Source: Guillardia theta CCMP2712 (Eukaryota > Protista > Cryptophyta). From it: DNA of 64,000 nt. This document shows, one piece after another, positions 10,610 through 23,162 of this stretch. The notes beneath the pieces are model-generated. The model searched no databases. It saw only the letters and a program-made list of their open reading frames with translations, and was not told the origin of the DNA. The DNA lies in the NCBI RefSeq assembly GCF_000315625.1, contig NW_005434663.1, positions 463,882-527,881 on the forward strand, given 5' to 3'. The stretch's first letter is position 1. Each line of letters begins with the position of its first letter. The position numbers and the translations under genes are program-made.

Positions 10610-13600
10610 TCAATCTTCCGCCTCCAATGCATTCAGCGATGCAGAAGATTCTGCTTCCTTCGCTATGGCGTAGGTGGACGATGACTTGAGAATCCCTCTG
10701 CCTTTGCCGCTGCCCCCTGGTCCCTGCCATGGAGTTGTGCCTTCCAGCTCGTTCCCATATGTGCGGTCGGGCACAGGCTCTTGGTGGGTGGCGGCATCGG
10801 GATACAGCAAGAGGATCTTTGCCTGACGCTTCATGAGCTGCTCTGACTCATACTCGTTGCCAATGGCCGAGAGGACGCTAGCAAGTGTTGCCAGCGCATG
10901 GGCGTACTGCGGGTGGTTCCAGCCATAACAGATATGCCGGATCATCACTGTCCGCCGAGCCATCGCCTCAGCCTTGTCGTAGGTTCGTTTCTGAAAGTAG
11001 AGCTCAGCGAGGCCTTGAGTGATCATGGCGACCGACGGATGGTTCGAGTGGTTGAAGCTCTCGCAAGCTTTCAGCCCCTGGTAGAGATAGGACTCTGCAG
11101 ACTCGTAATCGCCTTGACTGACACAGACTTGGCCTATGATGCCGAGCACGTCCGTGAAACTGCAAGCAGAGTTAGGAAACAGAAAGCCCTGCTCATGATA
11201 TTCTCACTCGCTTCTCGTCTCCTGCAGGATACTCTCTGCAAGATCCTTCTCCGACTGAGGAAGGTCCTTCTGAGCCCTGACGTTCTCATACACGTCCTCC
11301 GCCGCGATGAGAAGGTCGGAGTAGCTCTTGAACGCGCGCTCTAGGTATGACCTCGCCGTGTTCATGAGAGCAAAGTCTCTCTCCCCGTTGTTCCACCTCG
11401 CCCGGTACAACTTGGCAAGAGACACTTGCAGGCCCGTGATTCGCATCCGCATCGCCAAGCTGGATTCAACCACGTCCTTGGGCTGATCCACCATCTTCTT
11501 GTAGATCTCTGACGCCTCCAAGGGTCTCCCAACGTTTGCAAAGAAGTCTGCGAGCCGCTGAGCAATCTCAAGAAATTCTGAGGGCTCAGGGTGGGTCTTC
11601 TCAAAGTTCTTGATCCCTTGGAGCAAGCCGTGTGCCGCATCCAGGTGCAGGTCGACGGATCTATAGAACCTCCGAAGGTCGAGAGAGTAGGGCGCGTTGT
11701 TCTCATCCGAGAGTTTGTGGAAGGCAGTGAAATTGTTGATGGTAGAGATTAGTTCGAGCCATGCTTCCCCATTCATCCATTGCCTGACAAAACAAGTTAG
11801 TGAATGAAGTTGAAATGAGGTGATGGAGACCAGGCTTCCTCCTCCAATCGTCTTCGTCCAAGCGTGAGAGTACGGAGATATCCTGCTATCTTTCTGTGCA
11901 TGTCACATTTCTCCACCTTTGATGGAAGATAACGGAATTCCACAGCACTCCGCAAGAGTTGGTGGGAGAAATTCACCATCCCATTGTGCCAAACCCAACA
12001 ACTTCGAGTTGTTGAGAAAAAGTGATTCAAACTTATCCTTGAAATGTCTTGGAAGATGATCAGAATCTCCTGTTCAGCAATACCCCAACGACTGGCCCAG
12101 ATGATGCATAGAACTCTTCTAAGAAAGTTTGAATGCAGCGCGTCAAAGTATTGCTCCCATCTCCACAATACGTAGTCAAAGAACGAAACCAGATCCTGTG
12201 CTTGTAGCAAAAGCATGTAATCTGCTGCTTCGCTTGATCTTCCAGCCTGGTCCAGGATGCACAGCTCGTCGGCAAGCTGAAGCAAGAAGAGAATGTTGCC
12301 AGACAAGTGATGCTCGAGCATGGAGTTCACAGTAACAGGGTCCATCGGTTTGTACTTTCTGTGGAGAACATATCTCTCCACAATCTCTGCTCTCGTCTCT
12401 AGATCCAACGATACCCAATCCCTTCCTTTGTCGAATAAGCCAAGCTCGTAATACGGCCAACCTCTAGATAGAAGAGAATCCAAAACAGCCCCCGGAGAGG
12501 AAGTAATGACTGTCCTCACTTCTGCTGGAAAGAATTTTGGCAACCACTGCAAGTCAAAAGCGTTTCCGAATTCATCATCCACCTGGTCTAGGCCGTCTAT
12601 GATCAGCACGACCCTTCCTTTGCTGGCTGCCATGTTGATCCAAACCGTCAGCTCCTTCTGCCACTCCTGGGGGGTCGTACACTTGGGGATCTTCTCCTCC
12701 AAATGGAATCTCTCCTGTATTGACTTCATGATGAAGTAGCAAATTCTCTGATAGTTTCTGCTCTCATTGTGACATCCCACGTGATATAAAATCCACAGAC
12801 CTTGAGGAAGGTACGAGCGGAATTCAGAGACGTAGTTTGAGACCAGGGAGGTTTTGCCGACACCAGGTGGAGCGACGAGGAGGAGGGGGTGAGTGAGATG
12901 CTTCCTCGTGTCTAGATGGCCGTGGATCTCGTCATACCAGTCGTTGACTGAGACATAGGATCGCCTCCGGGAAAGCGAATAAGCCGAATGAGCGTTGATG
13001 TCGCGGATGAAGTCAATCTTGATGTGATCGTTCACTTCTGGAATGTCCCGCACAATCGCATCCTTCAAGTCATCATGCGCCTGACGAACAGAGTTCATGG
13101 GGTCGAAGTAATCTTCGAGCACTTGCATATGTGTTTGCCTCATCCTCTCCCTCAACGCATCGAGTTTCTCGTCTTCATCTGAGTCCAGCGCAATGAAGTG
13201 AGGACGCAGCTTTTCGTCGACAGCATCGCCGTAGCTCTTGTCTCTGAAGTAAAAAAACACTCGACCCCCCGCTGCCTGCACATTAGACATGACGGCTCGC
13301 TCGAAAAGTATTTCAGCCATACTGAGCGCATGGAAGCTGGACAATCTCAGCTCGGAAAGCCACGATCTTTGCTTTTCCACTTCATGCAGACTCTCACTGG
13401 GCGGAACCCATCCATACTTGCCTCCGATCCAAAAGAGGAAATAGTTGCAGTCGTCTACTTCGTCCAACGCGTAGTGCAGTTGTTCGAACTCGCATGCTTC
13501 GTCTGAGTTGGCAGTCTGCCAAAACAAGTCCACCGGCGAAAACGCGACCCCTCGTTCGAAACATAGATGCATCAGAGATGGATAAACGTGCCGAGCAAGA

Positions 13601-15583
13601 TCTCTCCTCTCCTCGATGAAATCCCGAAAGCTGGTATGAATGAAAACCCTTGCATGTTTGTTGGGATGCTGAAACTCTCGTCCTGCAACTTCTAGCGAGT
13701 CATTCAGCTTGTGGTGTTGATGCGAAGTCCACCATGACAATGACACGCTCCTATCAATGGACCTGCTCTCGTCCAATGGATCCGTCATGATGCTTTCACT
13801 CTCGTCAAGCAGCTTCTCATCCTCCACGTCCAATATCTCCACTTGTCGTTTGTGTGCAACAGCCCCGGAGGCTTTCGATTCCTGTACAGGTGGCACACGA
13901 AGAAGCTCTTTCTCTGCAACTGCTCTCTCAACATCAGCCAACTCCGGAGAAAACAGCAACGCATCTTCTACTTCCTTAGAGTGCTGCTTCCTTCTTTGGT
14001 CCTGATTCCTTTGCTCCTTCCTGAGCTGCTCCCGCAACTTCCCTTTCTCGCTCATAGCTCCTCGTATTTTTCTTGGATCATACCTAGACCCTGTCTCCTC
14101 TAGCGGAGAATTGAACGAGGCAGCTGACGACGGGCGAGATCGAAGCTTGACGGCAGAGCAAGTGACAATACCCTGACGGAGAGGAGAGGACTGGTCTTCC
14201 ATCTGCTTTTCTAGCTCGTTGGCAAGATCCATTGGTGTCGCTCTGGAGGAGCAGGAAAGTCAGTGACTGGAGGATCGTACAAGACAAGGACCTTCGTTCC
14301 TCCCTAGGAGATTCTCTATCCGGAAGGATGACGAACTCAACGATGATACTTCCAGGCTTGATGCCCTTGATCTTGATCTGACTGACTGGTATCCCAAGTG
14401 CCTTTGCCGTGTCTTGAATGAACAGCTCTTCGAACTTCACCCTGTCCTTAGGGTTGGATATATCCCGAAAGTTCGCGTCCAGTTTCATTTCAATTTCTGC
14501 AGCATCTAATTCAAACACGGAATCGCTCAGGTGCGAGTTTTCATTGTAGCCCAGCGACAGGCTATGGACAGAAGTCTCTGTTTGTTGAAATGAAGCGAAT
14601 GTTTGATATTCCGAACTTTGAAGAGAATCAGAATTCACGTTCATGTGATGCTGCTGCACTTGGGAAGCAAATATTTCCAGTTGCGCGATGCGAACTTTCA
14701 AGTCATTGTTCTCTTTCTCTAGTTCTGACTTATCACCTTTGAGTTGTTCCACCTCTCTTTGTAATTTTGGAGCTAAATCAGCCAATTCGTATATCTTTAC
14801 GCGTTCAGATCTGTCTTTTTCAATCTTCTCATTTTCAATTCTCCGGCGTTCCTCGATCTCCTGCAGGTTGAGCGTTTCCTGCTTTGATTTCTTGCCATCT
14901 AGAAGATCCTTCAAGTTCGGATCAGTCATCATGAATGACTTAGCTTCCTTCACATAATCTGAAAATGGAACTCTATTGAATGCTTGCAAGTTCTCATTTC
15001 TCCTTTCGATATCAGCATTTGTGTCCAACTTGACTTGTTTGATTTTCAAGCCATCTGCCAGATCAGAAATATGCTGCAAGAAGTCAATGTTCTCTGACAT
15101 CATATCACGTTGTTTGTTGATCAAGTCTAAAATGACAAGCTCGTAATTTTCAATCAAAGTAGATGCTATCGCATTCCTTTCTTGTTCCAAGGTCTGAATA
15201 TCTTTTCGCAGTGATTTTTCTTGAGTACTGATCTCAAGTTTGGCAGAGTCAACCTCCAATTTGAGGAGATGATTGTTTGCTCTCAAGGACTTGACTTCCC
15301 GGACGAGCTCTTCTTCGTTTGCCTTGATTCTAGCATACTGCGCGTCTAGATAGGCTGTTTGTATGCTGCCTTCAGTTTCGACATCCACTGCACGCTTTTT
15401 GGCTGCTTTCGCAGAGTCACGGTTCTTGAGAGACTGTATCGCAACTTTTTCTCTCTCGGACTCTGTGATAGCGACGCGGCGAAGTGCTTCATCTCGTTGC
15501 GCTTTGAGATCTTGTACCTCTGACTCAAGCTCAGTGATGTATTCCAGCCTTTGTAAGACATTGGTGCTAGCACCACAGCCCAT
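10610..15583 (-). CDS. NPHP3/TEP1-like STAND NTPase: N-myristoylation motif, coiled coil, SEA-like module, DUF4062, NACHT-like P-loop, TPRs
   Basis: MGCGAS start; RVFIHTSFRDFIEERRDL (DUF4062); APPGVGKTS Walker A; VLIIDGLDQ Walker B; kinesin-light-chain-type TPRs (HPSVAMITQGLAELY, HPQYAHALATLASVL). Four long ORFs joined by three short introns. Confidence 0.8.
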
Positions 15584-16153
15584 GGAGTCTGTGCCCTGAA
15601 AAGAGAACCGCAGAAACTTCTTCTTCCTACTGGCTCGCCATGTCCGAACCTCCTTCTCTCATTCTTCCTCTCACCTGCCTCTCATTGCGCATCCCCTTGC
15701 TTGCTCAATCTCATGAACAACAAGCCAGCACCACCCCTTGGGGAGGAGCATACCCACCACCCCCATTTCTCTCTTGTTCATGCTAGTACCCCCTACTCCT
15801 CTCCAACGGTAATGGTGCATGAGGGAGATGATTTTGCCGGCCAGCCGCTCTTCTGAGGCGGGTCAACCGGGAACAGCCGGTTTCTGCCTGGCCCGTCACC
15901 GGCTTCAGTAACGCCGGGTTGAACCACTCGACATAATGCCGAGCGGCAACCCCGGAGCAGTGGGAGTCGCGGCGAGAGGCTGGGCGGATCTGTGGCCCTG
16001 AAGGCCGCGCTACTAAGCTAGACCGCGTACCACGGTATAACTTTCAGGCCCGAACTTGATTTCAGTGACTCAGTGACTCTGAACTGTATGACAGTGATCG
16101 CACCAACCGTAATATTTGTTGAACCTCTAGCAGCAGCCATGTGCAATAATCAT

Positions 16154-17578
16154 CTAAAGAAGTCCAGCAGCCTGAAGAGCCGCCTTAAGCTGTGGCTCAT
16201 TCTCAGCCTTCATAGGAGTCATGGGCAATCTGCATCAAGTAAGTTCTTCTACGACTATGATGAAACAGACCTGGTATTGTTCTTCCACTTGCCCATCATG
16301 GCTCCAGCAGCCTTGCAAGGGATAGGATTGGTCTCACAGAACATTGCCTTGCAAAGCTTGTAGAGCTCAGAGTGCAGCTGTTGGGCCTTCTTGAGATCTC
16401 CGTCCTTCATGGCCTTACAAAGATCAGCAACCTGTTTTTGAAATCAGAGAAACAGAAGGTAGCAGGTTGAACTACAAGACGAACAGACACCTTGCGGGGG
16501 GTAAGGTTTGCCGCTACAGAGACCACACCCTTGGCTCCGATGCTCATGAGGGGAACAGTGAGAGAGTCATCTCCTGAGAAGATCTACGAAAATTGTCAGC
16601 TGCCCTCCGACAAGGTCTACAGTCTGCGATTGATGACCTGGATGCCGCAGACAGAAGAGATCTCAGAGGAGAAATCCACGGAGCCCGTAGCCTATCGTAA
16701 TTCCACGATTAAGGACCACACACATTTGACATCTCTTTGACCTCCTTCACAGCACAGATGGTCGGACAGTCGTTGTACAACTTGGCAATGGTGGCAGAGG
16801 TGAGACCTCCACCTCCGCAACGTCCTTTGATCGCAATCAGTGTGTGCAAGCATCACATCGCACTTCGCTCACCCGGAATGTTGTACAGCATCACTGGGAT
16901 TCCAACATCAGCCACAGCCTTGAAGTGCCCGTAAAGGCCATCCTGTTGTCCAGTCATCCCAAGGAACTGAAACCAAGCATCATCTCAGACCTGGGTTGGC
17001 TTGTTGTAGTATGGGATGACGCTCAAGACGCAGTCAGCCCTGTTCCCATTGAAGTCAGAAACGTTTACTCACAAGGTAACTAGTACCCGATCTCCTTGCA
17101 CCACTTGGTGAACGCAACCACCTTCTTGGTGCAGTTTCCACCGGCTCCAGCGACCACCTGAGGCAATCATTAGAATCAAGCTAGAAGATATTTCCAGTAA
17201 TTTACATGGCATCGCTTGTTTGCCTTCTTGACAACAGTCTCGATGACCTGAGACAAAGTCACTCCCTTGGCTTTCAGATTGACGATTTACAGTACCTTCT
17301 TGTTCTCCTCCTCGGTCAAGGTAGGAGATTCTCCTGTCGTCCCACATGGCACAATGCCAGCAGTACTGCCTTTTGTTAGCAATGAGGAAAACATCAGCAT
17401 GTAAACATACCCCTCAGCAATGTGCCATTCCACGAGCTCCTCGATCTTGGCATAATCGACCTGAGCATATTTGAGTCAGATAAGCGATCCTTGTCGTTAA
17501 AAAAGGAGCTACCTCATCGTTGTCAGTGAAAGGAGTGATCAGAGCAACATAGGAGCCTGCAAGCTCGAACTTTGCCAT
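16154..17578 (-). CDS. dapA: 4-hydroxy-tetrahydrodipicolinate (dihydrodipicolinate) synthase
   Basis: Spliced translation gives [38 protein letters not shown] (Schiff-base Lys), SGDD, ETNPIP; about ten short introns. Confidence 0.92.
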
Positions 17579-18486
17579 CCTGGGTTTCTTATTCTCAATC
17601 TAAAACCGAAATTTGTTCACAATGAGATGAAAATCACATGTCATGCAGATTTTGGAACATCATCACATATATTGTTTAAACATGCATAGAGAGGTGAACA
17701 CGGATCATGGGATTGGAAAGGAGAAATTAACAAAACTAGCTAAACTGTGGATCCAGGAGTTGAACATTGCGAATACATGTAAGCTGGTCTCATATCCCGA
17801 TGAAACATCCTGGAGCATGCTTCTTATCTCCTTCTAGCATTTTCCCCTCATTCCCAGCGTCCCGTGCTGCCTCCTGCCCCCTTACTCTAATCGCATCTCG
17901 CTTTGTTTCGCCTCCTCTCCCTGCATCCTCGGAGACACGCGTCTGACTCCAGTCCTGCAAAAACAAAAAAAAGAAAGAAAAAGAATTGGATTGGATGAAA
18001 ACAAAGAAAAAAATCTACGAAATTATTGATTCCAATTTGAAGTTTTACGCCAAATAGATTTCAAATTGGACAGGGTGCTGTTTCACAGTTTCGAATCTGG
18101 ATTAACAAAAGATTGGTATGGGGTTGGTCAAATGTTACACAACGAATACAATAATGAGATAGATCGAACATCGAAACAAACATGGAGAGGACAAGACCCT
18201 TCGACAACCTCTCCGATGATCTCATCAAAACATCAGCTCGTCTTCACAAGTTTCCTTCATGTATCATTTCAAAAATCCAGACTCTTTTGAGAGAGTCTGA
18301 AGAAGTTCATGGGAGGAGTTACGAGGAGACTGGTTTGAGAGATATGCGATAAGGTTACGAGAGATTGAGGGCAGTTGGAAGGGTTTGAGCAGAACAGCAA
18401 AGAGGAAGCTAGCAAACAGTGTCAAATGTTCAGTGACATTATGTTTGTGTTTTCCAGAAGTTCTTTCCTTTCGAAACCTCACTCCA

Positions 18487-20993
18487 ATGAGTGATACAGC
18501 CGTCAATTATCATCTCATGGTATCCACATTTCAAATCTCGCTTCTCGCGTGCTCATTGGTATTCTCGAACAGGATGCTCCAGATGGGGCACTGCCATGCT
18601 CCCGCGTCAAGCTATCAATCGAGTGCAAGTAAGTTTGTTCGTTTTGACATCACCTCCTCAGTACTGCAGCTCTTCTCATTGACGCCTTGCCAGATCCTTG
18701 AGGAACATGGACACGTTTAGCAAATCTGACCCGTTCGTGGTGATTGAACTGAAGGACAAGCAGGGAAGGTGGGACCTTGTTGATTGGTTGTCTTGGAGAG
18801 CCGCTGACAGTTCGACAGGTGGAAGGAAATCGGACGAACTGAAACTATCTACAACAATCTTAACCCGAGGCATCTTAATGAAGCTTACGTGGGCACAATA
18901 GCTCTAATCATCTGATAGATTCGCTACCACCATCGAGATGGATTATTTTTTCGAAGAGATGCAGCATTTGAAGTGAGTAGCCTGGAGAAAGCTAGATGAC
19001 TCTGATTTTGAATGATAACAGGTTCAGTGTGTATGACGAAGACAACAAATCGAGGAAACTTTCGCAACAAGACTTCATCGGATCTTGCGAGGTGACATCT
19101 CTTTTCCATCGTTGTGGCAATGGTGGATCGAGATGTCTCCTTAACGATGATTTCAGTCAAGTCTGGGAAGTATCGTCGGGTCAAAGTCAAACAGTCTCTC
19201 TGCGCCGCTGAAAGGAGAGTCGGGTAAGAAACAAACCAGCAGGCAATGTGACTCATGTAATATCGCGTACCCAGGTGCAGATGAGAAGAAATACGGTGCG
19301 ATTCGCATTCTGGCGGAAGAAATCAAAGGCTTTGTAAGACTTTCAGAGTAGACAAATGTTTCTGGGCCCTGAGAGAACTTTCAGAACGACTGCATCCGTC
19401 TGCGCGTTGCAGCTTCAAAGGTGCAGACGAAAGATTGGTTCGGGAAGGTGAGGGTGTAGAGGAGAGCAACAGAGTTGAATAGGTGAATGTGAACAGGGGG
19501 ATCACTACCTAGTTTTCAAAAGGCGACGAGTGGACGGGGAGTATGAGATGGTGTGGAAGACTGAGGTAAGCATTAGGGTGGTACAGCTTCTAGTCTTGTT
19601 GTTGAACCTTTCTTTCAGGTCATCAAGAACTCTAAGGATCCTTCATGGCAGCCTATAGAGATTCCTTTGAAGGTAGATGAACTTCGATAGCCGATCCTTT
19701 GATTCTGATGGAATGATCCCATTTGAAGAATTTCAACTCGGGAGACAACAGTGCGAATATTGTGATTGAGTTGTGGGATTGGAATGCTGTCTCAAAGCAT
19801 GATTATCTTGGAAAGGTAGACTTCTCATTCGTGGCCTATTGCTTCCTGATGCTCCCTCTTTACATTTGTCTGCTTTCTTCATTTACACGGGAATGATATT
19901 TCCTATGCTCTCCAGGTCTCGACAAACACGATGGAACTTCTCAAAGCCCCAAAGAATTTCCCCTTCACAAAACCAGAGTCAAAGAATCCAAACAAGGACA
20001 GGGGGCAACTTGTGGTCAGCCTGGCTGAGATCTACCATCCCCCATCTTTCCTCGAGTACATAGCCGGAGGTTGCGAGATCAACGTGATGGTCGCCGTCGA
20101 CTTCACTGCAAGCAACGGCAACGTCAACCTCCCTAACTCCCTTCACTACATGAACCCAACAGGCTGGAATGACTACCAGAAGGCCATTGTTGCTGTTGGT
20201 GAGATCCTCGAGAAGTACGATGCAGACAAGCAGTTTGACGTGTTCGGCTTCGGCGCTCGCCTCCCCAATGGCTCCGTATCTCACTGCTTCTCCCTCAATG
20301 GCGATGCTTCCAACCCGAGCGTTTTGGGGGTGCAGGGCATTCTGGACGCATACGCTGCATCCCTGTCGAACGTAACGCTCTTCGGTCCCACCAACTTTGC
20401 TCAGGTCATTCGCAATGCAGACACCATCTCTCGTTCGTATCCTGTCGAGTCGCAGAAGTACACAGTCTTGCTCATCCTCACCGACGGGGAGATCACGGAC
20501 ATGGCGGAAACAACTGAGGCGATCATCGACGCCTCTAACTCTCCCCTCTCCATTGTCATCGTTGGCATTGGGCCCGCAAACTTCGACAAGATGAACACGT
20601 TGGACGGAGACGATGAGGTTCTTACCAGTGAGAGGACAGGGAAGAGAGTCTCGAGAGACATTGTGCAGGTCAGCTCCTTCCCACCTGGTCCCCACCACTC
20701 GTCGATCTTGTCTCTCGATGTCCATCATCTCCCTCCCTGGCTTGACAGTCAAATTTCCTGTCTGACTTTCGATACAGTTTGTGGCTTTCAGAGAGTTGGC
20801 AAGCAATGGTCCTCTGCTGGCCAAGGAAGTTCTCCATGAGATTCCGGATCAGCTGACATCCTACATGAAGTCAAAGAACCTCCGACCGAAGAAGAAGCCT
20901 GTTGTGGAGTCTGTCTGGACTGTGGACATGTCACGGCAGCAATCTTTTAGACCCAACGACAACATTCCCATGAGCAACGTGAAAACTCTCTAG
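18487..20993 (+). CDS. Copine (C2-C2-vWA Ca2+/phospholipid-binding protein)
   Basis: SRVKLSIECK…MDTFSKSDPF, IGRTETIYNNLNPRF, VAVDFTASNG, GPTNFAQVI, LLILTDGEITD, PLSIVIVGIG, RDIVQFV. Confidence 0.93.
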
Positions 20994-21426
20994 ACGTCCG
21001 GTGCTTCAGAGCTCGCTGACACTTCGCGCGCAGCGGGCTCCTCTGTCCACCATGCCTTCCATCGCTGAAGCTCTGCCTCCTCCCCCTCCTCCCCCGTTGA
21101 TCCCGTGCAAAGAAGCTGACTCGCAATGTGACAACTGACGCAGGTATGGAAGCTCCCTTCCACCTGGCTGGGAGGAGGCCATCGATCCAAGCTCTGGAAG
21201 GCCATACTATGTTAACCACATGGTAAGTCTCCGCCGGTCGAGGCTCTGGGGCAGTACTGGTGGCTGACAGTCCGTTGCACCGTCCAGACCAAGACAACTC
21301 AGTGGGACCGCCCGCACTGATCGACTCGCCATATTTACCGTAGTAACCCGGGGCCCGGGCTCGTAAAAACTTCAAAACTTGAAACTCTGGCATACCGGCG
21401 AACTTCGGAAGCAAACGGGAGTCAAG

Positions 21427-21471
21427 TCCTGATTGTCCTCGTAACTGATTTTCAACTTAACTTTGAGTAAA
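21427..21471 (+). repeat. Dispersed intergenic motif copy
   Basis: TCCTGATTGTCCTCGTAACTGATTTTCAACTTAACTTTGAGTAAA. Confidence 0.9.
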
Positions 21472-21735
21472 GAGAAACGAAGTAGGAGTGATCATCCAAG
21501 TGCCCGCCGCCGGGCCGATCGGCGGGGGCCCCGGCTGGAGTGGATCCGGGCTCCGGCAGCGGCCCGGGTGGGCCCGGCCGGTCGGGCCCCGGCGTTTCCG
21601 AGGCACGCGTCATCGGAAACACCGAGATGAGATTTTCTTTCTTTTAGTGAGACTCGTACTGATCTATTACTCATCACTCACCTACCCCACTTCCTGCAGA
21701 AGTGGATTGTTGAACGCTGAGGGACGTGATTTGCC

Positions 21736-22729
21736 ATGCCGCTGAAGCCAGCCGATCGATGCGGATGCAGGTGAGGGGAGTAGAAAGCGTGCGGGGAGAA
21801 GTGCAGGAAGGATCGCAGAGCTCTTGTGCGAAAGAGAGCGGTGTGAAGAGGGTGTTGATTGGGACACAGAGAGATGCGAGTTCAAATTGATTGCCTGTCT
21901 TCAAGAGTCTTCACTCTCCGTTCCCTGCTTGTGTCGATTCACCTTGAAGTACCTGCTTTTACCTCGCTTGATGAAAATGATCCACACCCACTGACTTGTC
22001 CTCTTCAGCCTCTGTGCAGGACCAGAGGGATGCTGTCAGATTTGCTGTGGTCCTCCAATCTCTTTCGCTGTTCGGGGAGTTTGCACCATCCTCTTGCTCG
22101 ACTATCTCATCGTTGCCATCGCCAGCGGCGTGCAGTTGAAGGCGAACGACTGCTGCAAGACCTCGGCAGACTCAGTGATAATCATCGGCATCATCTTGGG
22201 GATTGTGGGGTGCATGATATACCTATTCGGTCTCGTGAGACTTAACAGCGACACTACGTCGGCTTCGATCTTGTTCCACCTCCATATGGTATTCACAATC
22301 TTCTACGAACTTTTCGACATCTGTTACACACCAGGTTTGTCGAAGAGTAAGAGAGATAAGGATCCAACATTCGATCTCTACTGCAGCATGACTTGTGCGG
22401 CAAACAATACCAACGCATGCCGAGCTTTTCGAAATGAAACCTGCAATTACCGTTCCTCATCTCCTGCTGCAGTCATCGGTGTCATCATCCAACTCTTCAT
22501 CAAGCTCTACTGGGGTTACATCCTGTGGAGCTACTGGGTGAGGATGAAGACTGGAACACTCGATGGCGGCCTGGAAGGGAATGGGTATGGCATGCAAGCT
22601 GCCGCTGCTGTACCAGCCACGTCAGCCCCCATGGCGATCCCAGCGGATTCTATCCCCATGGCGATCCCTGTCGCACGTGCAGAAGCGACTCCGATCGCCC
22701 AGCCGGTTACACAAGATACAGAAAACTAA
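21736..22729 (+). CDS. Multi-pass membrane protein with Cys-rich N-terminus (LAPTM-like topology)
   Basis: Exon 21736-21770 plus intron 21771-22008 gives MPLKPADRCGCSLCAGPEGCCQICCG, about four hydrophobic helices and a Pro/Ala-rich tail with repeated PMAIP. Confidence 0.65.
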
Positions 22730-23162
22730 GCAATCCATGACGATACAGAAGAGAAAGGGAGGAACTGCAAGGTTTGCCACAAGGGAAAATGGCAGAGGGG
22801 ATCGCGAGCATGCTGAATCTATTTGTATGAAGTTGTTCCTAGAGGCTCCAAGAATATCAAGCTCCGTGTTCAGTGCTGACGATCCTGTACTGATCCTATT
22901 CTGCTTGGGCTATGCAACTTGCATTAACTTCGAATGGAATTTCGGATGAATGAAATTGATTCGGATGCAGCAGGTCTTGATACTGTGTTGCAACAATTTC
23001 GTCTCCGATTGAGATGCTGCAACTCAATCTACATCGATCTGGTCGCCTTCAAGGTCCAACCCAGCAAATGGATCGAAGGAGCCGGCAAAGAACGCAGCCA
23101 GCATATCATTCGGCTCACACCTGAAAAGAAAATCATGGCAAAACACTCCACACATCCTCCTC

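Noticed and set aside
19979-20824. Long antisense ORFs opposite copine (also 56064-56837 opposite the ABC transporter)
   Set aside because: Expected shadow ORFs of GC3-rich coding sequence; no recognisable motifs.
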